Positions 63,523 to 64,000 of a DNA stretch of 64,000 nucleotides are shown in pieces. Made by a program: the position numbers and the translations under genes. This DNA is from Tubulanus polymorphus (taxonomy: Eukaryota; Animalia; Nemertea): positions 16,710,485 through 16,774,484 of the forward strand of contig NC_134027.1 of assembly GCF_964204645.1 (NCBI RefSeq). Reading direction: 5' to 3'. The notes beneath the pieces are model-generated. The model ran no database searches and was not told the DNA's origin. It saw only the letters and a program-made list of their open reading frames with translations. The stretch's first letter is position 1, and each line of letters opens with the position of its first letter.

Positions 63523-63775
63523 TTATATAATTAAAAAATTAATAATTTATTAATTCTTTTAATAATTATCATTTCATCTTTCAATTTTTTAAAGTTAATT
63601 AAATATACATGAAATATATTTTCCATCTTTGCATTAAAATTATTAGTTTCAGTAACATAAATTTCTAAATTAGTTAATGATTTATTATTATATTTAATTG
63701 ATTTATTATATTGGAAAGCTTTTGGAAAACTATCTACCATTTATATAATTAAAAAATTAATAATTTATTAATACT
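63305..63775. repeat. Local tandem duplication of a gene start and junction
   Basis: GGAAAGCTTTTGGAAAACTATCTACCATTTATATAATT at about 63494 and 63713. The CATGAAATATATTTTCCATCTTTGC block is also present twice. Confidence 0.85.
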
Positions 63776-64000
63776 TTTAATAATCTATCTTGTTCTTCAA
63801 CTGTTATATGACCATTTAAACTTATTATATAATCTAGTGTATTCTTTAATTTATTAATTTCTTTTATATTAGTTTTAATTTTGTCTTTATTACTTTTTAT
63901 ATTTAATTTTGAACTTATACCAGTTAAAACACTTGAACTTAATCCTAATACACCAATTGATATAGCTAAAGGTGTTGATGGACTGAATATTGCTAAAAAT
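63750..64000 (-). CDS. C-terminus of a further Polinton ORF, truncated by the window edge
   Basis: Open frame ...PLAISIGVLGLSSSVLTGISSKL...EEQDRLLKSINKLLIF*. Confidence 0.5.

Larger units (their letters stand above)
52661..64000. mobile_element. Endogenous Polinton/Maverick (adintovirus-like) element, partial and mildly decayed; left boundary uncertain
   Basis: Gene-dense, very AT-rich block with rve integrase, packaging ATPase and capsid in two convergent gene arrays. pPolB, protease and minor capsid were not seen in the window. Confidence 0.9.

Noticed and set aside
52661-64000. Contaminant phage/plasmid contig
   Set aside because: The rve integrase with chromodomain, A32-type ATPase and Polinton capsid, with scattered inactivating mutations, indicate an integrated eukaryotic Polinton. 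The junction still merits a long-read check.

Overview
AT-rich animal (probably aquatic invertebrate) genomic DNA made almost entirely of nested mobile elements. The only host gene recognised is an HSPA14-like Hsp70 on the minus strand: coding exon 1 at 49256-49315 and exon 2 at 24181-24261, separated by a ~25 kb intron, with no further exon found. The introns hold a rearranged DIRS1 tyrosine-recombinase retrotransposon, a Penelope-like 3' end with an atypical hammerhead ribozyme, and a full-length Gypsy LTR element with a nested Harbinger-type MITE. They also hold Helentron/HINE-like repeats, a decayed RAG1/Transib/Chapaev-like transposase, a pogo/Tigger element with HIRAN-like cargo, and a cluster of fold-back elements. 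Upstream of the gene, a ~118-bp satellite and a ~190-bp hairpin lead into a very AT-rich endogenous Polinton/Maverick (adintovirus-like) element with integrase, packaging ATPase, major capsid and an HNH nuclease. That element runs off the right end of the window, and most of its genes start at a poxvirus-late-promoter-like TAAATG. Paired repeat copies also show recurrent GGC(C)TA micro-insertions at TA sites. All calls are by-eye motif recognition; no database searches were run.
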